Notes: generated by a model not told the origin, from the letters alone. Counted from the first letter of the stretch, positions 24,796-36,399 are shown. The stretch is DNA of 64,000 nt from Mobula hypostoma (GCF_963921235.1 NC_086110.1:32550001-32614000), one strand, 5' to 3'. Program-made: numbers and translations.

Positions 24796-24830
24796 CTGAG
24801 CCACCTGGTGGTCCAGTCATGTAATTACAA
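24796..24830 (-). promoter_or_regulatory. Candidate CTCF site with upstream module
   Basis: Minus strand TGTAAT-N12-CCACCAGGTGGCTC; the core matches CCASYAGRKGGC. Confidence 0.55.
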
Positions 24831-25114
24831 TATATGTTTAGATTGACTATGCATAGTTTTAAATATTTCTATTAAAACTTCTTGACTGTGTTGGGAAGAA
24901 AATGCATTAGGATGTATGACCGGATAAATTGCAAGTTGTTTTGAAATTAACCGTTACTTTAAAGTTGCTTGAAAAAGGTTAGTGAAGAAACATTTTTCAT
25001 GATTTATATATGAAATTAAATTGAACAAATAATGCAGCACATTATTCAAAGGTAATATATAACAAACTATTAAATATGGCAGTAATTTAAGCTAAGTTTA
25101 TTTTTTCCCTCCAG

Positions 25115-25117
25115 GAG
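25115..25117 (+). CDS. Candidate 3-nt microexon (GAG) of the NCOA5-like gene
   Basis: gctaagtttattttttccctccag|GAG|gtaagc: branch-like gctaag, pure pyrimidine tract, consensus donor; frame-neutral. Confidence 0.55.
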
Positions 25118-25210
25118 GTAAGCAAGCATATTTAAAGCATTGTTGGATAGAATAAAAATGATTTAATCCCTCATTCAAAATAAGTAATTGTGTTTTCTTG
25201 GTCATTGAAG

Positions 25211-25337
25211 AAGCCTGCAGACCAGATGATGGGCGTCGAGAAGAGCTTTATCAACAGTTCTATAAAGAATTAGAAGATGACTACAATAAAGAAAAACATG
25301 CTGACTGTGTTGTCATAGCCTTAAGCAAGCAACAGGG
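25211..25337 (+). CDS. NCOA5-like coding exon 4 (EACRPDDGRREELYQQFYKELEDDYNKEKHADCVVIALSKQQG)
   Basis: Similar to human NCOA5 RREELYRQYFEEIQRRFDAERPVDCSVIVVNKQTK; phase-2 gtaact donor. Confidence 0.85.
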
Positions 25338-25489
25338 GTAACTTTTTATCAGAATTTTTTTACTTTTGTTTACATTTTTGTTGGATGAAGGGCAAAAATA
25401 ATTACAAACCCATCATACAGTTCATGCTTGGTTGCAGTTTATGTAGCTAACTTAATGTGCATGTTAAGAGCAAATTATATTGTATAACC

Positions 25490-25674
25490 CAGGGGTCCCC
25501 AACCTTTTGCGCACCGTGGACCGGTTTAATATTGACAATATTCTTGCGGATGTCACGTACATTCAAGTTCAACAGTGGGCGTGACAGGGAATGAGGAAAG
25601 GTGCAGCTGACTCATATCAGTGCATATCGCCAAATCATTTTGTTTCCTTGTGGCCCGGTGGTTGGGGACCACTG
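25490..25674. mobile_element. hAT (Charlie-like) MITE, 185 bp
   Basis: TIRs caggggtccccaacc / ggttggggaccactg; perfect 8-bp TSD gtataacc at 25482-25489 and 25675-25682. Confidence 0.9.
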
Positions 25675-26758
25675 GTATAACCTAAAAGAGTATGAATAAA
25701 AATTTCCATATACTGTAGTGATTTTATGTATTGCTCTGTACTGCTGCTGTTTCTTAAAAAAAAACAAATTTCATGACATATGAGTGACCATAAACATGAT
25801 TCTAATGTGGGTCTCTATTGTGGACTGAGAGGGGCAAGGGGCAGGCAGAGGGAAATCATGGATGGGAGAGGGAAAGGAGCAGGAAGCACCAGAGAGGCAT
25901 TCTGTAATGATCAATAAACTAATTGTTTGGAATCAAGTGACCCGGCCTGGTATTTCAGGGCTGGGTGTGTGCACTGGCACCAACCCCACCCCTGGCACTC
26001 TGCCACCTGTTCCACAACCCTCCTGTGGTGCTCCACCCTCGCCCAGCAACCTTTGCTTCTGCCAGGTTTACAAACTTGTTCCACACTCCCTGTTGACAAA
26101 TACAGTAGTGCAAAAGTCTTAGTCGCTCTAGCTATATATATGTGTCTTAAGATTGTAAGAATATTAGAGCACCAAAATAAAATCACCATGCCATTTTAAG
26201 GGATAGAATTCTTGATACATTGTTTCAGCCTTTTAAGGTATTAAAATAAATCAAAGCTCAATTTATTTCAATTCTTTCCTTCACACATTTCCCAGAGGCT
26301 TTGTGGTTTGAATTGGATAGTGGGGTGGCAGAATGTTAGTTGGTGAAAATGCATAATTGTAGAGCCTGATCTTTTCCAGTTTCAGGTGTACAAGATCAAA
26401 ATTGTAAAAAAATCCTCTGTGGAAAATTGAAATCTCCTTTTTTCTAAAGGTGTACAAAGATTGTTATCACAAATGTTCCATTTTTTGTGTCTATTTAACA
26501 CAACTGATAAATTCTGCTTTATTTTTTTAAACTCGGATTCTTCATTCTCAGTTTTTCATTAGTTAGTCATAGAATAAGATCCAGATTGCTGCGTAGGTGC
26601 TAAAGTTATCCTTTTTTTTTTGCATCTATTATGTGAAAAATTAGATTATGCCTGTCTTTTCCAAACCTTGTGTGTGAGAAGTCATAGCATCTTCAGACTA
26701 CAATATTACATTGTTTGACTAGCCAACCAGAAAATATTAATTTTGTTTCATTTTTAAG

Positions 26759-26958
26759 GGATTATGCCAAACTAGTAGGACGACGAGTACAAGAACTGGG
26801 CCTTCTCGTGGATTTGTTATATCTTAAGTTAGAGTTGGCCCTTGATACTGCACTGAAAGATGTTCGTGAAGAAGGTTCCCCGTTTTGTGTTGTTGTGAGT
26901 GGAGAACATCAGACTCTTTCATCTTGCACAGTGATTATTTTGTATGCTGGCCACAAAG
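26759..26958 (+). CDS. NCOA5-like coding exon 5 (DYAKLVGRRVQELGLLVDLLYLK...SCTVIILYAGHK)
   Basis: 200 nt; aligns by eye with human NCOA5 DYAESVGRKVRDLGMVVDLIFL...SCTVNIMFG (anticodon-binding-like domain); ag/gt sites. Confidence 0.92.
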
Positions 26959-28528
26959 GTACATTTTCAGCTTCTATAAATAATGCACTTAGCATTCATG
27001 AGATGTACATTTCCAGTGATGCCGCCAAATTATATTGAAATCTTGTCATATGTGACTTGATGTTCTTAATCTGGATTGCTTTACCCTTGATCCAATTGTT
27101 GTGTCCATTGCCAATATTTTTAAAGGGCCATGTTGCAAAGTTTCTCATAAAGCTATTGGCTCAGAGCTTGCTGTTGGTGGTGCATCTGCTATGCTTATTA
27201 AAAAAAAATTGACCAACTGCAGAGGTAATCCAAAACAAATTATTTAAATAATTAATATTTTTTAGAATGTCATAATTATTTTAATAAGTAAATTATTTAA
27301 ACCATTCACAAATATAAACAAAGCACTAAACTAAATTCAAATGATTGTGGTGGGGGTACAGAGGGGGAATGTAGATCGTCTTATACATGCTGCACCTTTA
27401 GAGCAGTTCTTCTCCAGCCAAATTAACAGGCTTGCTTTTCCTATGCTGGTTCTAAGTGCCAGAAAATTCGTATCACCTAACATGATATAAATCCATATAA
27501 TATTCTCTATCCCTTGTATTTTATTTTTGTGTACATGCACACAACTAGCAAGTCACAAGTCACCAGAGTTTGGTGCACTGTCAAATCAGGTGGTTACCTG
27601 ATGATGGAATTAAGATTAGTAATGGATATTTTATTTTTATTTTGAGGGTGGGAAATTGTTCTCCAGGTACAGGGTGAAAATTTTAGTGGAATTTACTTCA
27701 CCTGAGAGATGAGTATGAATTGATTTGTTCAATTATTACGTTCATATCGAGCAGCTCTAAAAGGATGTAAAAAAATTAGGACAGTCAATATGCTGTTTTG
27801 TTTGTCTTTTTAAAGTTAGATTTTAAGATGAGTTTGACTTTAATCAGTTTAAATTTTTACATCATATCTAAAAATTGAAATATTGAAGTGCCTGTATTCT
27901 AATTCTTAATTTCCTTAATTTCATATAATTGTAGCAAAGTTTTTGAAATATTTTAATGGTGAGACAGGCAGACCTACATTTCACAATGGATATTCTCACC
28001 ATGATCAGTAAAGACCTTTATCATTGCATTTGTGGAATAGCAAGGCAGCAGTGAAATCTAGATCTCCATGTTGAAGTGTATATGTAAGAGATTGCTTGAT
28101 TTCATACTACAGTTTTGACAAATGCTGACTGTTTTGTTGGTGCAACTTATTGAGCTGGAGACTACAAACACTGCAAGGCCAATGAATCAGTTGAACCTGG
28201 TTCCAGGTAATTGAAAGTTTGCTTGATATTGGTAGTCAGGTGAAGTGACTTTGCAGGCCATGTAGGGATTCTGTAAACGGATCAGAGCCAACTGACTTTA
28301 GGGTTAGTCAGTGTCACACAATGAATGATCTGAAATTCAAAAATAATTTATGCAAGGTTTGTCAAATGAGATAATGGTCAATTAGGTAAGAGTCTTATGA
28401 TCTGTGTCATGGTATGTGGTTAATTGTACCTAACTGAGCCTATTCTTGAAAACTTAGTTGTGCATTATTACTAAGTACACTGAAGAGAAAGATATTTGAT
28501 CAAAAATAAAGTTGCCTCTATTCAACAG

Positions 28529-28810
28529 AACATCGTAATATGCCCTTGGAAGACGCTTTGGACCTGATTTCACGTGAACATCAACGTATATTTGGTGAAA
28601 CTTTGGAAAAAGAACGACTTGAAATTGCACACAAAGCGGCTAATTTGGCAGATGATTATCTTCATCGTGAATCTTACTCTGAAAGTCATGTTGTGCCAAG
28701 CACCATCCGACATCTTCTATTTCTGCTTGGTGATGGAAAACATCTTTATGCCGAGGAGCTGCAAGCAGTTATTGAGTACTTGAGCAAACGAAAAGAGGAT
28801 GTTGAAGCTG
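28529..28810 (+). CDS. NCOA5-like coding exon 6 (EHRNMPLEDALDLISRE...HLLFLLGDGKHLYAEEL...)
   Basis: EHRNMP motif identical to NCOA5; LLFLL occupies the NCOA5 LINLL (LxxLL) position; 282 nt, phase 1-1. Confidence 0.92.
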
Positions 28811-29580
28811 GTTGGTTCATTATTTTCTGTTTTCATGGGACATTTTGATGAAGTAATTGAAGAAGCAATTTTCCTTTTTTAAAATTAGTATTTACTGTGG
28901 GTGTTTTAATGTTGAAGATGGCTTAGCTTAAACTATTTTATTTTTAATATTGTGGTATTAATGGAAATATTCCATAGATGACTCACGTGGATAACTTGAT
29001 GCCTTCTCTTTTGCCTAATTCTGCATTTTTATGTATGAAAAGATTCAAAATCTTCCTCTATCTTTGTGGTTCATATCATTAAATATTTATGTTGTTCTGG
29101 TCTCCTTATTCAGTTTCATTACACATAATCAGCATAAAAGATTGCTATATGTGAAGGCATGCTTGTGAATTGGAGATTGGTGAAATGCTGCGGATGAAAC
29201 ATCTGGTTTTTCATGCAGGTCAAAGACATATTAATTTTGTACGAGGATCATCTAAAGTTGATAGTTGGTTTTGTTAACTAATTAAACATTAATATTTTAC
29301 TTAATGAAAAGACGTGCTTAACCAAAACACTAGTCTAAAAAAATAAAGCCAGACAAACCAGGAAATATAAACACAAATAATACTCAGTTTTGTCATCTTT
29401 GGAAGTCAATGCCAAAGTGTTTAACCACATGTAGCCTCAGGGCCAGAGTTTAAACATTCTATTTGTAGTGCAACACAGAAGAATCCATTTACTTTGTGAT
29501 CTAGAGCTTGATTTGTGCTTTTTTTTTTACCTGCACTCTAAAGTTGTAACTTTCTTAATCTGATATATTTGTCTTGACAG

Positions 29581-29646
29581 AGGTGAACAATACTTGGCAA
29601 AACTATCAAGAAGAGAGAACTGAAGCCTATCAATGGCCACATGAAG
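29581..29646 (+). CDS. NCOA5-like coding exon 7 (EVNNTWQNYQEERTEAYQWPHE)
   Basis: ttgacag acceptor, AAG|gtaaat donor, 66 nt, phase 1-1, open. Confidence 0.75.
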
Positions 29647-29916
29647 GTAAATGAGCAAAGTTCAAGATTTCAATATTGTGTTCTACCCTAACAAATTTTA
29701 TTCAAGTGATAAATTATCTGTTTATCACATATAAATAAAATTACTGGCCTTTGCCTTCAGGTGTTGCCAGTAATTCCAAAAAGAAGTCTGTGCACAAAGA
29801 AAGAAATTGTGAATAAATAAGATCATGATGATAGGAAGTAGAATTTTAGCGGTTAAAAATTTAATTAAGTGTATGTCTTATTTTTGTGCTTTAAAGTTGT
29901 TTTCTTTATTTTCCAG

Positions 29917-30108
29917 CATCTCTTGTTCAACAAGCTACTGGAACTGAGAGTTACTATGACGTAGGCAGTGTTTCACAAACTTCCAGCAAGCCCAAGCCCC
30001 TCCTTCCAACACCAGTCAGGCCTCCCCTTTTGGGCCATGCTCCTCTTTCTCAGAAAAAAACGCCTCTTTTGGGTGATCGTCCAATTAGGGCTCTTCTGCC
30101 TGCTCCAG
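29917..30108 (+). CDS. NCOA5-like coding exon 8 (Pro-rich: KPKPLLPTPVRPPLLGHAP...PLLGDRPIRALLPAP)
   Basis: Strong ttttccag acceptor, CAG|gttagc donor, 192 nt, phase 1-1, open. Confidence 0.8.
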
Positions 30109-30464
30109 GTTAGCACTTTTCCCCAAAACTTAATGCATTCAGCAGTCTGCCACTCATTATTTTGTAATGCTCAGTTGCCTGCAAAATGGTAAAAAAAAAA
30201 GCTTTAAATGAGTTCAAAATGCTTCATCTTTGTTATCTCTCTTTCTAAGCACAACTTCTCAGGTTATTGAACTTTGCATTGCAGAGATGACTTTCATGGT
30301 TGCATGTTAAATAAAAGCTAATTTTATTCAGGAACAGTGAAATTTCTTGTATTTTGCAATATCCTCTGTAATATGTAGCTCTTTTTAAAGACAGTTCTAT
30401 AAGAAATGTCTCCTCTACCAATGCCCTTTTGCAGTCAGTTTTGCAGTTCATTTTGCGGCATACT

Positions 30465-30780
30465 AGCCTGAATCAGAAGGTTTTGGGTCCACATCCCACT
30501 TCAGAAATTTGAGGATAAAAATGTAGGCTGAGACTCCATTGTGGTACTGCTGATACTGCACAGCTGCAGATTCAGATGAGATTTTTAAAGCAGTCTCCTC
30601 TTGTCTCTGTTGAGCATCTAAATACTGGCATGGCATCTTTAAAAACCACTGGAGAAACCCCTGGTGTTGTACCCAAAACTCGGTCCTCAATTGATTTTAC
30701 AAAAAGAAAATTGTCTTGTGATGAATACATGGCTGTATGTGCTAGCATTCCTCACAAGTACATCATTAAACACTTTGGAC
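30465..30780 (+). mobile_element. Degenerate Deu-domain SINE (SacSINE/AmnSINE-like)
   Basis: cccacttcag...taggctgagactcca...ttcagatgagattttaaa...cctggtgttgt resembles the Deu-SINE consensus; highly decayed. Confidence 0.4.
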
Positions 30781-30789
30781 TAAAAGTAT

Positions 30790-31330
30790 TAAGAGAAGCA
30801 GAAGTAGGCCAAACAAACCCTCAGATGTGCTTACTATTGAAAAGGATTGTGGCTGACTTGATTTTGGCTTCAGCTTAATTTTCTTGCTGTTCCCTTTTAC
30901 CTTTCGAATTGCCAATAATCTCTATCTCTTTGCTTTGATTTTTAATTTAATGTCTTGGGCTGCACTATTACTTTTGGGGTAGGGAATTCTGAAGATTCAT
31001 AAATCTCCTGAGAATAAGTTCTTCTTCAACTTTTTTTTTAAGTGGCGTATCCCATTATCCAAATCTGCATGCTTAGTTCTAGATTTTCTGATGTCCTCCA
31101 TAAAGGGAAGTGTCTTTTCAGTATCTACTTTTATCAGATTCCCACAACTTGTCTCTCTGAATTCCAAAAATAAACCCAGCCCAATAAACCTCCTTCCTAA
31201 GACAGTACCTTCATTCCCAAAAACAATGCAGTGAATTTCTCTGAATTGCTTCCAATGCAAGTGTATGTCTCCTTAACTACATGTAGTACTTCAGATATGT
31301 TGTCACGAGAAGTGCTATACAGTCATCACC
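30790..31330 (-). mobile_element. Old CR1 LINE 3' fragment
   Basis: Minus relic EKTLPFMEDIRKSRTKHADL...KKNLFS resembles the CR1 ORF2 end. Confidence 0.55.
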
Positions 31331-31870
31331 AGCTATCTCTACTTTTGCACTCCATCTTGTTTGTGGTACTGACCAGATAACTTGTGATTAGAGATACTAC
31401 ATGAATGTTTCTTCATGTGCCAAGAGCCATATTTCAAATTTTCAATGCTTTTTTTGAAGTTAGACAGAGGGCGCAGGCAAATACAAATCCGAAGACTAAT
31501 GTATAGTTAAACAGATGTGACTATGATCAGATTAATTTAAAAAATTAGAAGTGAAACCAGGGGAAAATTCTAAAATGAAATTGGTTCTTTGGGATGGATA
31601 GAGGAATATGAAAAAGAACAGGTTAAAATAATGAACAGAAAACCAATAGGTATCTAGTGGAAAGCATTATTACAGAAGTTTAAAGAAAATTCCCTGACAG
31701 TAAGAGTTCAGTTTAAAAGGATTGTCAGTAATCATATTCTGGTTAGCAATTGCAAGACATAGATGCTACAGGGATCAGACTTGGGTCTCAAAAAATTATA
31801 ATCGCATATTAATGATTAAATGAAAATCACTGATTTAATGTAATTTGCACCATCTTTTGTTCTGTTGTAG

Positions 31871-31911
31871 GTCATCCATTAAAATTAGGTGCTAGACTCC
31901 AGTTGCAGTAA
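31871..31911 (+). CDS. NCOA5-like final coding exon (GHPLKLGARLQLQ*)
   Basis: ttttgttctgttgtag acceptor, TAA at 31909-31911, then an AT-rich repeat-free 3' UTR. The nine exons sum to 1092 nt = 363 aa plus stop. Confidence 0.75.
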
Positions 31912-32738
31912 AGAATAACGACTTGAAAGCATTGGAATGCACACTGCATTGGAATAGAGTTTGTATGTTCAATACAACATTATTTGAAGAGCACCAGAAG
32001 TATACAGCACCATACCGTACTAATACCATGGGATACTTTGATGAATAGTCACAGACTGTGAATTGTAAACTGTAGTATTTTAGCATTTTAGAACGATCCC
32101 ATTGTAAGTTCAAATTTCTTTTAAAGGTGTATGCCAATGTCATGTACAAGGACCATTTTTTTTGTAATTTATCAACGTCGCCATGAATAGTTTTGAAAAG
32201 GTTGGGAAAATCCCTTTGATAAATGTATCTTTTGCAATGGTTGTTTATTATTTCATTTGTTGGATTGCTTGTTCAAAAATTTCCCTTCTGTTAAAAATCT
32301 CTTTTTACAAAGTTTTATTGTATGGTGATTTTTTTTAAATGGCGACATAAAATGTACTCTACAATGCCTTTGGACACAAACTCCTTCCATGTGAGTATGT
32401 CTATGAAAGTAAATTGATCAAGTATCACCATACAATATTATCTTGGCCAGATTTGTACAACTGTTAACTTGACTGCTTTTTTGTACTGAGCATTGTAACA
32501 GTGCTGCATTAATTTGATGAGAAACAATATGTTCAGTAGATTCCAATTAAAGTAATTAAATTTATTTAATGTATTGAAATACACCTCTTAAATGAAGTTG
32601 CTAATTATTTTCAAGGGCTGCTGGAGAGGGGAAACTAGAGAACCATTTCAGAAACCAGAGTTTTCAGAGTTACAATGTGAGACTATTTTAAAGGGATGTC
32701 TTTTGTAACAACTGAAGAAAAAGTCATTATTTAAATGG

Positions 32739-32744
32739 AATAAA
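32739..32744 (+). terminator. Candidate poly(A) signal of the NCOA5-like gene
   Basis: AATAAA ~0.83 kb after the stop with U-rich downstream sequence; ATTAAA alternative at 32546. Confidence 0.5.
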
Positions 32745-32964
32745 GGTTCCACTTTTCTTCCTAATGCTTTTATTTAAACCTGTAAGTTATTTGGTGCCAC
32801 ACATTGAGGTTTTATTTAAAGCAGGAAGAAAATCTTTTTGTAATCCAGTGCTGTTGGTTCTTGTTTTCTTGCACTTGCACTTTATTAACAAACAATATTT
32901 TGTTGATCCTTTAAATTCTTCCCCTGAGTTCTAAAGTTGCAAACGTGCTTAAGTATTTAATGCA

Positions 32965-33562
32965 GCAACATACGCAAAATGCTGGAGGAACTCAGCAGGT
33001 CAGGCAGCATCTACGGAGAGAAATAAACTGTCGAAGTTTTGCATCATGACCCTCATTCAGGACTCAAAAGAAATGGGGCAGACTTCAGAATAAGAAGGTG
33101 GGTGGATAGGAGCGGAAGGAGTACAGGCTGGCAGGTAACGAGAGTGTCTTGGACTTCCAGATGAGTTATACAGCTCTCGTTACATGCATGTGCAGTTCAA
33201 CTCTGAGTGAAAATGCAGAAAGTTTGAAGTTAATAACTCGTCTCCTTCCACCTTAGGCCACGAACTTATTAATCACCCCTGCTGTGGACCACTTCTGGAG
33301 GTCCAAGACACCGACTTCTACAAAGAAGGAATAAGTATGCCCCACGACCACTGCACTAAGTGTGTAAATGTAGGAAAAATAAATGCTAGGTTTTCTAAAA
33401 TTGACTGCTTCTACTTTAGGCCAGGAACTTATCAATCACCCCTCATATGTAAGGACAAGGAATACCCTATCCATGTTGTGCCGGTGATGCCGATGTGTGA
33501 GAATGAAGACGTGGGTGAGGGCAGCATTGATGGTGGTGGAAGGGAAGCCCCGTTTCATTAAA
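32965..33562 (-). mobile_element. Penelope-like element remnant (terminal repeat ~32965-33140, RT-thumb relic ~33495-33560) interrupted by another repeat
   Basis: Minus strand 33560-33495 reads MKRGFPSTTINAALTH (PLE RG[YF]P...I..A motif). The terminal part is the same family as the fold-back repeats. Confidence 0.6.
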
Positions 33563-34260
33563 TGCTCCATCTGTGTTACCTATACAGTATGTGGTTAAAA
33601 ACTCACTGTACTATCTCACTGCTATTTAATACTATTTGGTCATAATTATTGAGCTTCTCATGTTTCAAATAATTTCCTTTTAAACATTATCTAACCACTT
33701 GTCCCATTTTATGGTTTTTCACCTGACTCTCAATCTCGATGCTTAAAAATATGGATCCAATGTTTTTTAGGAAATCCTTTCAGTGAGGTAAGTAACATCC
33801 TTTCCCCTTGGATTAAACAAATATAAAGCTAAAATCATTGTCCAAACTGAATGCTTTAACCCCTATGGGTAAATGACTATATTCTGTTATATACTGTATA
33901 AAAGTTGGGTGGTTAGAATTTTTGTTGTTGTCCAGCAATAATTAAAAAAAGGACAATGTCAGAGTTTACATATCAACTAGCAAAATAGTTTTTTGCCATA
34001 CTCCTAAAGTTAAGAAAATATTAAGGACATTTGAATTACTGTTGCCATCCATTGTATCACTGTGTGATCAATATGAAATCATAATGAAGTTTCAGCAAGG
34101 ACAAGCATAATTTTGTAAAATATTGCTTTAAAGGAGTACGGAGGTGCTCTTAACTTTGATAATAATTTGAATACTGGTGTCCAAGTACAGTTTTTTTAAT
34201 TCATAGGAGATTGGAAAATTTTCAAAACTCTTAAGTTCCTTACCAGTGTGACTGCAATTC

Positions 34261-34410
34261 TAACTGATAAGAAAGTCCTGAAGAAGGGTTTTGGCCTGAA
34301 ATGTTCACTGCTTGTTCATTTCCTTGGATGCTGTCAGACCTGCTGAGTTCCTCCACAATTCTGTGTGTTTTGCTTTGCATTTCCAGCATTTGCAGGATTT
34401 CTTGTTTATG
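34261..34410 (+). mobile_element. Penelope-derived terminal repeat, best-preserved hammerhead copy
   Basis: agtc-CTGAAGA-agggttttggcct-GAAA-tgtt-cact, then the family body; ~12-bp flanking repeat tga(c/t)tgcaattc at 34249-34260 and 34409-34420. Confidence 0.7.
34274..34309 (+). ncRNA. Minimal type I hammerhead ribozyme-like motif (probably decayed)
   Basis: Intact CUGANGA and GAAA boxes around a short stem II; stems I and III deviate from the inferred family consensus GAAA-CG-UC-GAC. Confidence 0.45.
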
Positions 34411-36399
34411 ATTGCAATTCATGCTTAAAAGATGAAATGGGGAATTAGATTATTGTATTTATCGCTCAGTATCAAAGTTCTCTTTAAAAAATATAAACAT
34501 AATGGATAAAATACTGGGCAAATGTATTAAAATAATCTTGCATTTTAGTCATATCAGAAGACCTCAATTTTGTTTGTTGTCAAGAGAAGCAAAAGATACT
34601 TTAAAGTAATTGTCTGAAGAAGACTGAAGTGTGGTTTGATATTTGGTGGTCCAGACGTGAACTAAGTTTCCATGTTCAAATGTCCTCCAACTTATGAGGC
34701 CCAACTCTAGGATGTGGAACCCCAGAATTATAAGAACATGAAAGGAGACTATTTAGTAAGCTACATCCATGAGAGTCCTTGCAAGAGCAATCCATTTACT
34801 TCTAATTCTCTGACCTATAGGGCCCTACAAATTCTTCTGCAGATAATTGTCAGCGGTCTTTTGAATGTTGTAGTTTAATCTGTGCCGTTTATTACGATGT
34901 TTTTTTTTAAATGCCTCAGATCACTAGATGGTCTTTGTGCTGATTGTCTTCATTCATCCTTATACCTGATTCTTCCAAAACATACAAATATCTCGCTATC
35001 AATTCTGTCCATACCATTCATAATTTTAAGTACCTCTGTGAGATTTCCTAGTAACATCAACTTACATGAACTCCAGTTTTGTCTTTTTATTTTATTTTAT
35101 TGAGATACAGTGTGGAATACACTCTTTTAGTTCAATTCCCCGATTTAATCCTAGCCTAATCTCAGGATAATTTACAATGACCAACTAACTTAAATTTGCG
35201 CTATTGAAGCCCTGCAATTCTTAAAATCCTTCATGATAAATCTCTTCTGACCATTTCCAAAGCCTTCACATCTTGTGAAAAACGCAACTAAACACAGTAT
35301 TTTGGCTATAGTATAAACAGTGCTTTGTGAAAGTTCATGAATTCTGCTCTCACTTTCAGTAAATTTACACCTCTATTCCCAAAGGTCTCTGCTTATGCAT
35401 TGTTCTTAGAATTATGCTTTCAGTTGAAAACATAAACTGCATTTCTCTGTTTTAAATTTTGGCTGTTAACCATCCCACCTGCTTATTACATTTCCTAGAA
35501 GTCTACATTTCCATGCATCTTCCAAGAAATGTGCTGAGTGCTTATTTGGAAACCATACCCTGCATAGCTAAGTCAAAATCATTAATAAAGTAGTGATCCT
35601 AATGCTGATATCTGGGGACTCTTCAATTTACCACCAATTCAAAAACACGTCTTTAATTCATTGCTCTCTGTATTTAGCCAATGTTTTATCCAGATTGCAT
35701 GGAGTCTTTTATGAATGCACTGTCTGTTTGATAACAAGTTGTAAATAGCCTTTTTTAAAATAACAAGATTTTTTTCATGATAAGCATAAGATATTCTGCA
35801 GATGCTGGAAATTTTGAGGAACACATACAAAGTGCTGGAGGAACTCACAAGATCAGGCAGCATTTATAGACATTTTGGGACAAAATCCTTTATCAGAACT
35901 TTTTTAATTTAAAAAGTCATAGGGTAATAGTAAACTTATTGGGCTTCTGGAGATTAATTACAAACATTAATAACAAGTGTAAGGAACTTTTTTACTTTTT
36001 TACTTAAGGTTAGTGAACTTATTCGATCCTTTTAACTTCAGCACCCACATATTGAAACATTTTAGTCAGATACCAGCTGGCCCATGAGGAAGACATAGCC
36101 AATGGTGAGCATTATCCAGCCCATTTTGTTACCAGATGACAGATTTTGTAAAATACCTATGTGTATACAAAATAGTTGCATACAAAGGCTGGGTGCAATA
36201 TTTAAACAATTTTATTTAAACAGTTTTAGTGCTTCAGAGAATCCTCAGCCCATGTTATTGATTTATTGACTGAACCATGTTTTAATTCTTTCAAGGCCAG
36301 TAAGAAAGTTAAAACTTAAGGACTTAAAGTGTGCGTTAAATTTTATTTCTCTCCAAGCCCTTCTAAAAAGATAAAGTGCAAAATCTGAAATATCAAGGT

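Noticed and set aside
29968-30192. 74-aa ORF MFHKLPASP...
   Set aside because: Alternative frame of NCOA5-like exon 8
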